Below, one piece after another: positions 61,931 through 64,000 of a DNA stretch of 64,000 bases (positions within the stretch are counted from its first letter, which is position 1; the number at the start of each line of letters is the position of its first letter). The stretch comes from Mobula hypostoma (lineage: Eukaryota). The notes under the pieces are model-generated. The model was not told the DNA's origin and ran no database searches. It saw only the letters and a program-made list of their open reading frames with translations. Where the stretch lies: contig NC_086109.1 of NCBI RefSeq assembly GCF_963921235.1, positions 31,994,001 through 32,058,000 of the forward strand, in the 5' to 3' direction. The translations under genes and the position numbers were made by a program.

Positions 61931-63288
61931 CAGCATTTCTAGCAGTGCAGCAAACAACCTTCATTAAAAAATTAAAATCCATGGTTCGGATTCTTTCCAT
62001 TTCACCTAATAAATACTAATGTTTTAAGTTAATCTAAGTGAAGTAATCTAAGCTATTACTTCTTATTATAAAAATAAAGTTTTAGTTTTATAAATTTATT
62101 TCAACTATTTCCAAGTTTCTCTGTTCTTCAGATATAGTCAACTGCATGATCACCTCACAGGTCATTGGGTTAGGTCCACTGCCCAAGACCTAGCGAGCCA
62201 CTTCTTACAGATCCTACCATCTCACGGAGGCATTAAAACAGCCTCCATGATATTGACAGGTATGTGCCTGCAATAAAATTGTATAGGTGGAAGGATCCTA
62301 TGGGAGGCTGAAACCAAGGTGTGAGGCAGGTACAGTATATCCAACCCTATGCCACAAAATGGAAATTTGTTTGGCTTGACCTAAGTTTACACGTGCACAT
62401 AATAGCCTTAATTTTACTCACAAATCAAACAGCTAGCAGGTTTATTTAGGCTCACATCATCTGAATTGCAGTGTTAATTAGATGGACAAGTCAGTATTGA
62501 TCTTGCTTATTTATGCGAGTTACTGAATCTGTGAACTCCAAGCTGTCATTCATTGTCAAGGTCTTACAACATGAACAAAGATTACTTTCATTCAATATTG
62601 ATTAATAGCTGTTCCAAATTGAATTAAACCATGAGATATCCATTCTCTAGCCACTGTTGTAAGATTAGCCAATACTCCTGCGCGCTCTCATTGACCATCA
62701 CAAATGGCAACATCTAAGGAGCACTGGTAAGGAATATTCTCCCTTACATCTCCTTTCTCAGAACAAATCAACCATTTCATTTGCAATAGGGAACAATCTT
62801 AACTCTCTTTGTTTTAAGGGTGTAAGTGAGGGAAGATAATTTTCTTCCACAGAAAATTAGCATTGGAGAAGGAACTGAATCTTACTGGATTAACTTTACA
62901 GCTGCCCAACAGACTAAGTGGCTGAAGTTTGAAGTCTTGAGTTCAGAAGATGCCAACCTTGTGGCCAATTTGAAATTGGGTTATTCATTTATTCAGGCAT
63001 TTAGGGCAATGAACAGATAATGGGGCCTCTCTATATACGAGTGAGAACCTTAACAGCTGTTTTGGACCCTACAAAGAAATTAAACAGGAGTCAGTCTTCA
63101 ATTTTTGCAGTCTTTTAAATGAATCATTACTGACCATATCAGCTTAAAGAAAAGCCTGCCTCACAATTTCACCTCTCATATTTCCAAATTCCAAAAAATA
63201 AGAAATCATTCAGAACAAAGCTACTAGCATTAAGTTGGAAATACAAATGCTGATTTGTACACAGACAGCAAAATGATAACTATCAAGT

Positions 63289-63691
63289 ATAGAAACATAG
63301 AAACATAGAAAATAGGTGCAGGAGTAGGCCATTCGGCCCTTTGAGCCTGCACCGCCATTCAGTATGATCACAGCTGATCATCCAACTCAGAACCCTGTAC
63401 CTGCCTTCTCTCCATACCCCTGATCCCTTTAGCCACAAGGGCCATATCTAACTCCCTCTTAAATATAGCCAATGAACTGGCCACAACTGTTTCCTGCGGC
63501 AGAGAATTCCACAGATTCACCACTCTCTGTGTGAAGAAGTTTTTCCTAATCTCGGTCCTAAAAGGCTTCCCCTTTATCCTCAAACTGTGACCCCTCGTTC
63601 TGGACTTCCCCAACGTCGGGAACAATCTTCCTGCATCTAGCCTGTCCAAACCCTTTAGGATTTTATACGTTTCAATACGATCCCCCCTCAT
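63289..63691 (-). mobile_element. Young CR1 3' fragment, same subfamily as 23020-25905
   Basis: IETYKILKGLDRLDAGRLFP..FRTEIRKNFFTQRVVNL nearly identical; (CATAGAAA)n tail. Confidence 0.95.
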
Positions 63692-64000
63692 TAAAATGAG
63701 TTTTTAATACCATTAATTGAGGGATGAAAACAATGAGACTAACTATCCCACCAGTATTCAAAGTACTCCATAAGATCTTTTAAATCCTTCTGAAAACACA
63801 GACCAGGACTTGATTTAATGATTTAAGAGAACAGTAGCATCTCTAACAATACAGATCTTCTCAGTGCTCAGAACTGAGCTGTAGCTTGATCGCTTTTGTG
63901 CCACAATCCCGTGAGCAAGATTCTCTGACCCAGAAGTGAAATGCAATCAATTGAGCCAAACCATACACTTAAATTCCACACAATCACTTCTCATAACCCC

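Overview
Eukaryotic, AT-rich and transposon-dense genomic DNA. The CR1/HER1-type LINEs, V-SINEs, Rex1, Penelope-like elements and L1 point to a cartilaginous fish, probably a ray or shark (inference). I could not identify any host protein-coding gene, so the window looks like a large intron or gene desert. It holds many CR1 fragments (one near-complete ORF2 at 23.0-25.9 kb), Rex1/Babar LINEs, RTE, L2 and L1 remnants, V-SINEs and a decayed Gypsy provirus with a solo LTR. It also has hAT/Charlie, Tigger (MER2-like) and Tc1-like non-autonomous DNA transposons, and Penelope-like elements carrying minimal hammerhead ribozyme motifs. The most striking feature is a ~6.5 kb, 45-bp minisatellite (40.08-46.59 kb). 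It continues in frame from a decayed CR1 reverse-transcriptase fragment, so it appears to be a satellite born from a LINE, and it shows higher-order structure and long ORFs on both strands. Other notable items are an ORF-less hairpin mini-Penelope with a hammerhead motif on each strand, a Tigger MITE resembling mammalian MER2, a candidate 8-nt microexon with a downstream TGCATG, and a diverged ~70-bp duplicated non-TE motif. Family assignments are by eye and from memory, not from database searches.
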